From Acetivibrionales bacterium (GTDB lineage Bacteria; Bacillota; Clostridia; Acetivibrionales; DTU013): a stretch of DNA of 64,000 nt. The DNA lies in contig JBMNKL010000001.1 of the NCBI GenBank assembly GCA_050952225.1, positions 494,589-558,588 on the forward strand, in the 5' to 3' direction. Within the stretch, counting starts at the first letter, position 1, and every line of letters begins with the position of its first letter. Shown here piece by piece: positions 10,156 through 19,305 of this stretch. A program made the translations under genes and the position numbers. The notes below the pieces were generated by a model. The model was not told the DNA's origin. It saw nothing but the letters and a program-made list of their open reading frames with translations, and did no database searches.

Positions 10156-10659
10156 GTGAATATAGGAGCGTTATTTGTCGGTTATAACTGGATACCGATA
10201 CTTTTCCTGATCGCGGGGATTGTATTTATCGTAATTGAAATGTTGCAACCGGGTTTCGGAGCGCCGGGGATTATCGGAATAGTGTTGCTGTTGCTGGGGA
10301 TTGTCCTGTATGCCAGGAGTTTGCTCGAGGCCCTGATAATGATTATTATATTGCTTGCGATACTGGGGGTGGCGCTTACGCTGATCCTGCAGTCGGCTTC
10401 AAAGGGGCGCCTGGCCAGAAGCCTTGTTTTAAATGATACACTGGACAACAATGTTAGTTATCCGGCGATAGACGACATGAGCTACTTCCTGGGAAGCGAA
10501 GGGGAAACCATTACTGCCCTGAGGCCTTCCGGGGTTGCGGATTTCAGCGGTGTGAAGCTGGATGTCGTCTCGGAAGGGGAATACATTCCTAAAAATACTA
10601 CGGTTATTATCAGCAAGATTGAAGGAACCAAGATCATTGTAAGGCAAAAACCGGAATAA
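10156..10659 (+). CDS. NfeD-family membrane protein
   Basis: Hydrophobic N-terminal half and a C-terminal OB-like tail (ITALRPSGVADFSGVKLDVVSEGEYIPKNTTVIISKIEG). Sits in the classic position upstream of floA. Confidence 0.8.
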   Translation: MNIGALFVGYNWIPILFLIAGIVFIVIEMLQPGFGAPGIIGIVLLLLGIVLYARSLLEALIMIIILLAILGVALTLILQSASKGRLARSLVLNDTLDNNVSYPAIDDMSYFLGSEGETITALRPSGVADFSGVKLDVVSEGEYIPKNTTVIISKIEGTKIIVRQKPE

Positions 10660-10702
10660 GCGCGTATAAAGGTCAAATACCTTATGAAAGGAGACTTTTT
10701 CA

Positions 10703-11698
10703 ATGGAAATTTTAATACCTGTGTTTATTGTAATCCTGGCATTTATTTTCGTTATATTGTTTTTCACATTTATACCGGTGGGGCTATGGATATCGGCTTT
10801 TGCGGCGGGAGTGCGCGTCGGCATTTTCACGCTGGTGGGCATGAGACTAAGGAGGGTCAGCCCCAGCAAGATTATTCTCCCGCTCATAAAAGCGTCAAAA
10901 GCGGGACTGGACGTCAATGTCAACCAACTGGAGGCGCATCATCTCGCCGGGGGCAATGTTGACAAGGTTGTAAATGCGTTAATTGCGGCACATAGGGCAA
11001 ACATGGATTTGCAGTTTGTCAGGGCCGCGGCGATAGACCTGGCGGGAAGGGATGTCCTTGAAGCAGTTAAGATGAGCGTAAATCCAAGGGTGATAGAAAC
11101 ACCTAATATCTCGGCGGTTGCTAAAGACGGGATTGAGCTTTTGGTCAAAGCGAGGGTTACGGTCAGGGCAAACCTGGACAGGTTGATTGGCGGAGCAGGA
11201 GAGGCTACTGTTATTGCCAGGGTCGGGGAAGGCATCGTAACGACCGTGGGGAGTTCGGAATCACACACAGATGTGCTTGAAAACCCTGACATGATATCCC
11301 AGACAGTCCTTAACAAGGGACTTGATTCAGGGACTGCATTTGAAATATTGTCCATAGACATAGCGGATGTGGATGTGGGAAGGAACATCGGCGCTCAACT
11401 TATGACCCTGCAGGCGGAGGCCGACAAAAATATAGCCCAGGCAAAAGCCGAAGAAAGGCGCGCCATGGCAGTGGCGAAAGAGCAGGAAATGAAAGCGCTT
11501 GTGCAGGAGATGCGCGCGAGGGTCGTGGAAGCGGAAGCGGAGGTGCCGAAGGCTATGGCGGCCGCTCTCAGGGAAGGAAAGCTTGGCGTGATGGATTATT
11601 ACGGCATGCAGAATTTGAATGCCGACACCCAGATGCGCAGCACCATATCAAAAATTGGCGGCAAAGCGGATAATGACGAAAATATTATAAAGAAGTAG
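10703..11698 (+). CDS. floA: Flotillin-like protein FloA (YqfA/UPF0365 family, SPFH domain)
   Basis: N-terminal hairpin anchor, then [23 protein letters not shown]..., the [19 protein letters not shown] motif block and an Ala/Glu-rich coiled-coil tail. Confidence 0.85.
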   Translation: MEILIPVFIVILAFIFVILFFTFIPVGLWISAFAAGVRVGIFTLVGMRLRRVSPSKIILPLIKASKAGLDVNVNQLEAHHLAGGNVDKVVNALIAAHRANMDLQFVRAAAIDLAGRDVLEAVKMSVNPRVIETPNISAVAKDGIELLVKARVTVRANLDRLIGGAGEATVIARVGEGIVTTVGSSESHTDVLENPDMISQTVLNKGLDSGTAFEILSIDIADVDVGRNIGAQLMTLQAEADKNIAQAKAEERRAMAVAKEQEMKALVQEMRARVVEAEAEVPKAMAAALREGKLGVMDYYGMQNLNADTQMRSTISKIGGKADNDENIIKK

Positions 11699-12199
11699 AA
11701 TAGAAAGGATATTATCATGCCTAAAGATAGTTTTGGTTATTCCGGGTTTAATCCGGCGCCGTGGCCGATGCCGGTAAGTCCGCCGCAAGGGCAGGGGCAA
11801 AAGCACGGCAGGGGTTGTCGCAGGAGTCAAGGCCGAGGATGGCGGCAAATCCGGCGCCGAGGTCGGGGCCTAATATGACGGCAGGGCAGGCGAAAAGATG
11901 CCAATAGGGACGGCGCCAATGGTGCGGGGTCCATGAAGGCATCGGGGATACCTCCGGGATGACAGCATCCGGGATATCTTCAAGGATCGTCGGTGGGCCG
12001 GATGGCGCCGGGAACGGCAGCGGAACCGGCGCCGGGATATGTCACGGAAGTTGCGCAAAAAAGTACGGCAGGAAGCAAAATGACGGGGCCTGTGCTTGAT
12101 TTCTCCCCAGGCAGCCTGCTTAACGGCATTATATTATCTGAAATACTTGGAAAGCCCAAGTGTTTGCAAAAAACGTTCGGAAAACGATGGTGATGGCTG

Positions 12200-12940
12200 T
12201 TGGATATTAAAGTACTGATAGCTGACGATGATAGCGGCATGCGGACGGTATTAAAAAAAGCTGTTGAGAAAGTAGAAGGCTTCAAGGTGACAGGAGAAGC
12301 GGAGGACGGCGAAGCTGTCCTTCTTTTATTTGAGAGGCACCGCCCGGACGTGGTGTTCCTGGACGTGGAAATGCCGCATGTTACAGGTATAGAATGCGCA
12401 AAAAGCATTGTGGATATTGAGCCAAAAACTATCATTATTTTTGTAACCGCCCATGAAGAGTACATGCCGGAGGCATTTGACGTTTACGCTTTCGATTACC
12501 TGGTAAAGCCTTTCAAGGTAAGCAGGCTTATCAAAACGCTTGAACGGATAAAAAGGACCAGCGCCGAAAAACCGCGTGGCAACGGCGCAAGTTCCGCCGA
12601 AACACAAGGAACTCTTAACAAGCTTATGGTCCGTAACAAGGAAGGGGTAAGCCTTGTAGATATGTACGAAATCATATTGATACAACGCGAGGACAGGAGT
12701 ACGGTCATATATACAAAAAATGAGCGTTTTGTAACATCCGAAAGCCTCGGCAGTCTTGAAAAAAGGCTTGACGGCAGATCATTCTTCAGGTGCCACAAAT
12801 CCTATATCATTAACCTTAACGCTGTCAGCAAAATATACCCTTACGGCCGGTGGACATACATCGTGAAACTGAAAGGTATCGATAAAGACGCCCTCATAAC
12901 ACAAGACAAATATGATGAATTAAAAAGGATTTTCTCATAA
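12200..12940 (+). CDS. LytTR-family response regulator (REC plus LytTR DNA-binding domain)
   Basis: VLIADDD...VVFLDVEMP...YLVKP receiver motifs. C-terminal LytTR block (FFRCHKSYIINLNAVSKI). TTG start 6 nt after the upstream segment. Confidence 0.85.
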   Translation: MDIKVLIADDDSGMRTVLKKAVEKVEGFKVTGEAEDGEAVLLLFERHRPDVVFLDVEMPHVTGIECAKSIVDIEPKTIIIFVTAHEEYMPEAFDVYAFDYLVKPFKVSRLIKTLERIKRTSAEKPRGNGASSAETQGTLNKLMVRNKEGVSLVDMYEIILIQREDRSTVIYTKNERFVTSESLGSLEKRLDGRSFFRCHKSYIINLNAVSKIYPYGRWTYIVKLKGIDKDALITQDKYDELKRIFS

Positions 12941-12989
12941 AAGGAATATGGTGAAGCGGCAACCGGGAATTTTGCAAAATGCCCGGCTC

Positions 12990-14060
12990 TCACAGCTTTA
13001 TTGCTGCCTCAAGCCCGCCAATTTCGGATGCAATCTCACCAGGAGTCTTTCCTGAATCTAAAAGAGGCTGCACAACATCAATAAAAAGGTTCGGAACGTA
13101 AGTTTTTAACGCGGTAAAATTTCCGCTTAACGAGTATTCCCCGAGGGCTGCCGGGACCAGGACAGAATCGCCGGTCTTTACACCGGTTTTGCCGCCGTTC
13201 CAGGCGATTGTTCCGCTGCCGGAGATTAATACGTAAATGTAGAACCTGCTGCCGTCGGCGATTTCATGGATTTCACCGTTAATGTTAATATCATATATTT
13301 CGGTGCAGAAATATTGATTGGCAACTACGGTTTTCTTAGAGCAGCCGGCGCCCAGGCTGAGCTCAATGCCACGGTATTTTTCCTTCCGGCCTTCCGATTT
13401 AAAATCGATGACTTGAAGCGCCTTTTCGATATGAAGCTCCCTGCCGGTGCGGCCGTAATCATATATCCTGTATGTTGTATCAGAGTTTTGCTGTATTTCG
13501 GCGAGGATAATACCCTTACCGATGGCGTGGACAATTCCCGCGGGTATGTTGATTACATCTCCCGGGAATACTTGTATGGACTTCAGGCAGCTTTCAACGT
13601 TATTTTTTTCAATGGTTTCGGCGAATTTCTCACGAGTTGTGCCGGGAACTACATCGTAAACGAGCCTGGCGCCGGGCTTGGCGCTTATTATATACCACAT
13701 TTCATTTTTGCCATATTCCCCGTTTTCGTACGTTTGCACAAATGCATCGTCGGGATGGACCTGGACGGATAAATTGTTTTCTGCGTCTATGAATTTAACC
13801 AGCAGCGGGAATTTTTCGATATCCTTGTCAGGGAGGGCATTCCCGATGATTTTCCTGCCGTATCGCATGATGAGGTCCGCAAGTGACATACCCTCGTACT
13901 CACCGTTGGCTACGATGCTTGTGCCGTTTTTATGGCATGCTATTTCCCAGCTTTCGGCGACAATTCCTGAGGGAGGAAGTTTTTTGCCTAAAGACGCCAG
14001 GTTTCTTCCGCCCCATACGTAGTCCTTGTACAACGGCTTGAATTTAAGCGGATAAAGCAT
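12990..14060 (-). CDS. manA: Class I mannose-6-phosphate isomerase
   Basis: LYPLKFKPLYKDYVWGG N-terminus, cupin core with QVHPDD and GIVHAIG. The start at 14060 has a GAGGAGG RBS; the ORF track start at 14087 is probably too long. Confidence 0.8.
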   Translation of the reverse strand: MLYPLKFKPLYKDYVWGGRNLASLGKKLPPSGIVAESWEIACHKNGTSIVANGEYEGMSLADLIMRYGRKIIGNALPDKDIEKFPLLVKFIDAENNLSVQVHPDDAFVQTYENGEYGKNEMWYIISAKPGARLVYDVVPGTTREKFAETIEKNNVESCLKSIQVFPGDVINIPAGIVHAIGKGIILAEIQQNSDTTYRIYDYGRTGRELHIEKALQVIDFKSEGRKEKYRGIELSLGAGCSKKTVVANQYFCTEIYDININGEIHEIADGSRFYIYVLISGSGTIAWNGGKTGVKTGDSVLVPAALGEYSLSGNFTALKTYVPNLFIDVVQPLLDSGKTPGEIASEIGGLEAAIKL

Positions 14061-14170
14061 AAAACCCCTCCTCACCATGAAATTCATGGCGTTTACTTCA
14101 GTTCATTGACTTAACCGATATTATCCATTACTGAAATAAGTATACAGCATAGAGCTTTATTATTCAACAT

Positions 14171-14449
14171 TTAACGGGATGCGATATTGTTGAGAGTTGC
14201 GAAAAAAGCCCGGCGGCTTGCTATTTCGGCTACCTTTTCCTCACCGGGTAATAGCTCTACCTTGGCAAAACCCTTAAGTTCCTTTTCAGGCATAATTGCT
14301 GAAACTCCGGGTGCTTTCACATATAACTGTATGATTTCCTTTCCTTTTACAGGACCGATGTTCTGGAATTTAGCCACGGCATCGATAATTGTATTCTGGT
14401 TAGACGGCAGGTTAAGATTAACGCGATCAGAACCTTCATTTTTGTTCAC
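14171..14449 (-). pseudogene. Remnant of a GH3 beta-glucosidase C-terminal (FnIII-like) domain
   Basis: EIIQLYVKAPG...PEKELKGFAKVELLPGEEKV is the conserved GH3 C-terminal block. Only about 90 codons are left and no catalytic domains are present. Confidence 0.6.
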
Positions 14450-14662
14450 ATAATTGCTCCGCTAGATGACATAATAATATGGTTTATCCAGTTATGTCCA
14501 CATTTCGCGCCCTGAAGCTGAATTGCCAATAGAGGGGTCGGCAGGAATCGACAATAGGGGAGAAGGCAAAAATATCATTGATTTTAATACCGGTAAGTTA
14601 TATTATTATAATAAATATCCAGCTTCTGCGCGGATGAATTCCAAATAGATTGTGAGATAAAC

Positions 14663-15374
14663 ATGGACAAACTAAAAAACAAGCTTGCAGATTTATTAGC
14701 ATACCCTGTCAGGTTTTATCAGAGCCTTTCCGATAAGAGGGCTACGCTGTTTGCGGGGATAATCCTGGTTGGCGCCATTGATCTTCTTCTGCCGGACATA
14801 GCCGCGGTATTTGACACCTTTTTTTCAGGCAAGCCGACGGATGATATTCTCTTTAACGCCTTTATGATGGTTTTCGTCATATTGGCGGCGGGAATAATTG
14901 ACGTTGTCTTTCTCAGTGTGCCGCTTTTTGATTTTTTTAAGTTTTTGAAGAAGAGGGAGATAGCAATGGAGACATTCCGGAGACGGCGCGTTTCATTCGC
15001 TTACGTCTTCGCTCCCGCCAGGGCCGGACAGCTGGGAAAGCTGGGACCAAAAGCCTTCTCTTGTGAAAGTAATGAAGGTGTATATTGTTTCACACTTCAT
15101 CATTATCCCTGTTACAACATTCGTTTATTTCGCTTTTGCCCGCAATATTACCGAGAGCAGCCCTGCCTGGATGCAAAACCTGTACCTGCTTATTTTTGTA
15201 CTGACTTTCATATGGGCCGCGGCGATAATTACGAGAGGCATAAACGCCGTCTTCCGCTTCAACCCTTTGTTTAAAAGGCTGACATATATTATAGTGCTGA
15301 TATGGAACTTTATCTTTTCAATGGTGTTTAGCATGCAAATCATGAAATGGCTGCTGATGCTCTTCAGGCGATAG
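14663..15374 (+). pseudogene. Polytopic membrane protein (Yip1-like topology), frameshift around 14960-15060
   Basis: ORFs 14663-15274 and 15063-15374 overlap in different frames. The hydrophobic-helix reading switches frame; the second half of ORF 1 is Arg/Cys-rich nonsense. Confidence 0.5.
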
Positions 15375-15649
15375 GGAATTTAACAAAGATATTGATGAGT
15401 CGGGCGGCTATATGCTATAATCTACAAAGTAATTGTTCGTAATTATACCATGAAGGTATACGACCTCTCGAAAGAGGTATTTTGAAGAGGCGGTACCGGC
15501 GTGGTTTTTTATTTTTTAACTGCTCCAATCCGGTCACGGATGATTGACCCTGGCCGTGACAGCCGGGCAGGACTCGCCGCAAGCTGCCTGTTCAGGAAAT
15601 TTCATGATTTATGAATCAACTTATGAATTAACGAGAGGAGAATTACCTA

Positions 15650-16192
15650 ATGAAGACATCATCAACTAGGAGGCTTGTGCTGGCCGGATTGTTTATCGCA
15701 CTCGGCCTGTTTTTACCATTTTTAACGGGACAGATCCCAAGAGTGGGAAGCATGTTATTGCCGATGCATATCCCGGTCCTGATAGCCGGTTTTGTATGCG
15801 GATGGCCATACGGCCTGATAGTTGGTTTTATTACGCCGCTGCTCAGAACCGTGCTGTTCGGAATGCCGCCGTTGTACCCGACCGCGGTTGCAATGGCTTT
15901 TGAACTGGCGGTTTATGGCTTTGCAACGGGCTTTTTCTACAATGTGCTGCCGAAAAAGAATATTTTTGTATATGGAGCGTTGATTATTTCAATGGTTTGC
16001 GGTAGAATCGCCTGGGGCATTGTAAGCTGGGTTTTATACGGGCTGCGCGGAACGGCGTTCACATGGCAGATGTTTGCCGCGGGCTCCGTAATTAACGCCA
16101 TTCCGGGGATAATAGTTCAAATCGTTATTATTCCCGTGATAATACTTGCCCTGAAAAAAGGAAACCTGATTGAGAGTGGAGCAAGTGCATAA
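15650..16192 (+). CDS. ECF-transporter substrate-specific (S) component, substrate unknown
   Basis: 180 aa with 5-6 TM helices and a typical S-component N-terminus (LVLAGLFIALGLFLPFLTGQIP...LPMHIPVLIAGF). Confidence 0.7.
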   Translation: MKTSSTRRLVLAGLFIALGLFLPFLTGQIPRVGSMLLPMHIPVLIAGFVCGWPYGLIVGFITPLLRTVLFGMPPLYPTAVAMAFELAVYGFATGFFYNVLPKKNIFVYGALIISMVCGRIAWGIVSWVLYGLRGTAFTWQMFAAGSVINAIPGIIVQIVIIPVIILALKKGNLIESGASA

Positions 16193-17276
16193 CCTGGAAG
16201 AAATACTGGTTAGCCATTATAAAAAATATCCCTGCATGCAGTTGCAGGATGCGGTGAAACTTGTTTACCAGAATGAGTTTGCAGGAGGCCATTTCATTGA
16301 GGATGAAGGCAGAAGCCTTGAGATTCTCAGGGAAGAATTGCGTCGTGTCAATAGTCATGATACGGGCGGAGACGCAAATCACAGGTTTCAGTTGTTCGAA
16401 GATATAGGAAACGGCCTGTGCAGGCTCCACCTGAAGGGCCTTAAGGATTACGCCGTTGACGTCGGGACGGTAAACAAGTTCTTCGTTTACACGGCCAATT
16501 CCAACGCCGGAAGTGTGCGGGGCTTCGAAGAAAAGCTTGATGTTTTGAGGAAATGCTGCAAGGAGGGCAGCCTGCCTTTCCCGCCAGGGGAACTGGAGGA
16601 ATGCCTGCAATCCTGCAAAAGGCATGGCTACCCTCCAGTAAGCCACAGCGGGAAATACCGTGAAACATATTTCCCGGCTTACCGCGTCGTGAGTTCAATG
16701 TTCCGTGACTATTTCGAGGTGTTTTGCAGCATAGATTGCCTGCTGAAAAAGAAAAACAGCATCATTGCGGCAATTGACGGAAACAGCGGAGCGGGGAAAA
16801 GCTCGCTGGCGTCGCTGTTGGAAGAAATCTACGACTGCAACGTGTTTCACATGGACCACTTTTTCCTGCCTTCCAGGCTCAGAACCAGGGAAAGGCTGGC
16901 GGAAACGGGCGGCAATGTTGATTATGCCAGGTTTAAAGATGAAATCATAAAAGGTTTGCTAAGCGGGCGTGAATTCAGCTATCACATGTATGATTGCGCC
17001 AGCGACACAATGGACCGGTCAATAACGGTAACCCCCAAGAGGCTGAATATTGCTGAGGGCAGCTACAGCATGCATCCGACCCTTATACAGTATTATGACC
17101 TGAAGGTTTTCCTTGGTATCGACAAGGAGACGCAAAGCCACCGCATCCTTGAAAGAAACGGTCTCGCCATGCATGAAAGGTTTATGTCGGACTGGGTTCC
17201 GATGGAGGACAGGTATTTCTCGGAAATGGACATCCCGGCAAAAAGTGATATTGTTATTTATGGTCCACAGGCTTGA
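16170..17276 (+). CDS. Two-domain protein: unknown N-terminal domain (about 190 aa) plus a uridine-kinase/PRK-family P-loop kinase domain
   Basis: Walker A AIDGNSGAGKSSLASLL followed by HMDHFF. Overlaps the S-component gene by 23 nt. Confidence 0.6.
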   Translation: MRVEQVHNLEEILVSHYKKYPCMQLQDAVKLVYQNEFAGGHFIEDEGRSLEILREELRRVNSHDTGGDANHRFQLFEDIGNGLCRLHLKGLKDYAVDVGTVNKFFVYTANSNAGSVRGFEEKLDVLRKCCKEGSLPFPPGELEECLQSCKRHGYPPVSHSGKYRETYFPAYRVVSSMFRDYFEVFCSIDCLLKKKNSIIAAIDGNSGAGKSSLASLLEEIYDCNVFHMDHFFLPSRLRTRERLAETGGNVDYARFKDEIIKGLLSGREFSYHMYDCASDTMDRSITVTPKRLNIAEGSYSMHPTLIQYYDLKVFLGIDKETQSHRILERNGLAMHERFMSDWVPMEDRYFSEMDIPAKSDIVIYGPQA

Positions 17277-17347
17277 AGCATGGCTGTGTTATGTTATAAT
17301 ATAATAGTCCTTAGTAATGAGGACGATTTCGTCTTATAATTTTTTAC

Positions 17348-17422
17348 GCCCCGGTGGCCTAATGGATAAGGTAGCGGATTCCGGTTCCGCGGATGCGGGT
17401 TCGATTCCTGCCCGGGGTACCA
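17348..17422 (+). tRNA. tRNA-Arg (anticodon CCG), CCA encoded
   Basis: GCCCCGG acceptor stem (G1-U72 wobble), TTCCGGT anticodon loop, GGTTCGATTCC T-arm. Confidence 0.85.
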
Positions 17423-17597
17423 GGAAAATGACCACATATTCGTGGTCTTTTTTATATATGTATCCGATGAAGTAATGTTTTAAATAAAAGTGTTATAATA
17501 TACTTGTATGCATAAATTGGCAGGCGTACAAACAGTTCGGCAGATAAATCATGGTTTATAAGAATAAGATAAAATAACCAGGGAGGTTGGATGAGTT

Positions 17598-18074
17598 ATG
17601 CCGAAAGCTTTGATAATTTATTACTCAAGAACCGGAAATACAAAAAAGATGGCTGAACTTGTTGCAGAGGGCATGCGTAGTGAAAATGTGGATGTGGAGG
17701 TCCGGGACGTCAATAATGTAAAGGCGGATGACCTCCCGGAATATGACGCGATTATTGCCGGCTCACCTACTTATTACGGAGGCATGGCGGGTGAAATGAA
17801 AAAACTGTTTGACGAATCCGTCAAGTTTCATGGAAAGCTGGACGGAAAAGTCGGTGCGGCGTTTTCTTCCAGCGCGCAGGTAGGAGGCGGTAATGAGACG
17901 ACTATACTGAACATCCTGAACGTAATGCTTATCCATGGCATGATTGTCCAGGGAGACGCCAAGGGAGACCATTATGGCCCTGTTTCAATAGGGTCACCGG
18001 ATAACAGGGCTAAGGAAATGTGCATTCGCATGGGGAAAAGGACAGCGCAGCTCGTAAAAAAATTGAAAGGGTAA
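17598..18074 (+). CDS. Flavodoxin-family protein
   Basis: ALIIYYSRTGNTKKMAE FMN-binding loop, GSPTYYG motif, 158 aa. Confidence 0.8.
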   Translation: MPKALIIYYSRTGNTKKMAELVAEGMRSENVDVEVRDVNNVKADDLPEYDAIIAGSPTYYGGMAGEMKKLFDESVKFHGKLDGKVGAAFSSSAQVGGGNETTILNILNVMLIHGMIVQGDAKGDHYGPVSIGSPDNRAKEMCIRMGKRTAQLVKKLKG

Positions 18075-18130
18075 TATTCACGGGCGCTTTTCCGCTATTT
18101 ACATTGCCTGCAGATTATATTCCCTATAGG

Positions 18131-18160
18131 GCATCCGCTGCTTTATGGGCGGATGCTTTA
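18131..18160 (+). terminator. Rho-independent terminator candidate after the flavodoxin gene
   Basis: GCATCCGC / GCGGATGC stem followed by TTTA. Confidence 0.5.
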
Positions 18161-18231
18161 TAATATTATTGATTTGTTGTACAATCGTAAAAAGTGTGAC
18201 ATAAAAACGAGCGGTATAAATGGTGCATTGT

Positions 18232-19188
18232 ATGAAGATAGGACCGGTTGCATTAAAAAACAACGTATTCCTTGCGCCGATGGCAGGAGTGACCGACCAG
18301 GCTTTCAGGATACTTTGCAAGGAGCAGGGCTGCGGGCTTGTCTGCACTGAGATGATCAGCGCAAAGGGAATGTACTATAAAGACGAAAAGAGCTGGAAGC
18401 TGGCGGAGTTAAGCGGGCTGGAACTGCCGGCTGTGGTCCAGATTTTTGGCTCTGACCCCGGCATAATGGCTTATGCCGCGGAAAAGCTAAACGATTCGGC
18501 TGCCGCAATCATCGATATCAATATGGGCTGCCCTACGCCAAAAATCACCAAGAACGGCGAGGGAAGCGCGTTGATGCTGAAGCCGGAGCTTGCGGGCGAC
18601 CTGGTTAAGGCCGTTGTTTCCTCCACTAATAAACCGGTGACCGTGAAGATACGCAAAGGATGGGATGAGGAGCGCATCAACGCAGTTGAAATAGCCGGTA
18701 TCGCAGAAAAAAACGGGGCTTCGGCCGTAACCGTGCACGGCAGGACACGGAATCAATTTTATAGCGGCAAGGCGGATTGGGATATAATTAAGAAAGTAAA
18801 AGAGGCTGTTTCAATACCGGTAATAGGAAACGGCGATATTTATAAGCCCGAGGACGCGGCGGGGATGCTGGAATATACGGGTTGTGACGCAGTAATGGTA
18901 GGGAGGGGGGCGCAGGGCAACCCGTGGATATTTAGAAGAATCATTCATTACCTGGAAACGGGTGAACTGTTGCCGGAGCCTGAAATGGACGAAAAACGGG
19001 CTATGGTCAAGCGTCACCTTAAAATGCTCGTGGAGCTGAAGGGTGAACGCACGGGTGTGCTGGAAATGCGGAAACATATTGCGTGGTATGTCAAGGGATG
19101 CAGGAATTCATCCCAATTCAAGGACCGTGTTTTTAAGGCGGTATCTTATGAAGAAATGATGGACCTGGTTTGCGGGTTCTTCCGGTGA
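18232..19188 (+). CDS. dusB: tRNA-dihydrouridine synthase
   Basis: [20 protein letters not shown] and [10 protein letters not shown] motifs. The start may be 18220 or 18232. Confidence 0.85.
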   Translation: MKIGPVALKNNVFLAPMAGVTDQAFRILCKEQGCGLVCTEMISAKGMYYKDEKSWKLAELSGLELPAVVQIFGSDPGIMAYAAEKLNDSAAAIIDINMGCPTPKITKNGEGSALMLKPELAGDLVKAVVSSTNKPVTVKIRKGWDEERINAVEIAGIAEKNGASAVTVHGRTRNQFYSGKADWDIIKKVKEAVSIPVIGNGDIYKPEDAAGMLEYTGCDAVMVGRGAQGNPWIFRRIIHYLETGELLPEPEMDEKRAMVKRHLKMLVELKGERTGVLEMRKHIAWYVKGCRNSSQFKDRVFKAVSYEEMMDLVCGFFR

Positions 19189-19305
19189 ATCACGGCCGTG
19201 TAAACGTTCAAATAATTAAACAATTCAAATATATTGAATACTAAAACAAAATAAGGTATACTTTTTCTTGGCAGAACACTAGTTCTTATCCTTGGAGGGC
19301 TTTTT

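Noticed and set aside
11876-11962. In-frame TGA codons as recoding (selenocysteine or an alternative genetic code)
   Set aside because: TGA clearly terminates well-conserved genes in this window (for example mazE at 34669-34671 and istA at 1533-1535). No SECIS-like hairpin follows. Indel damage is the simpler explanation.
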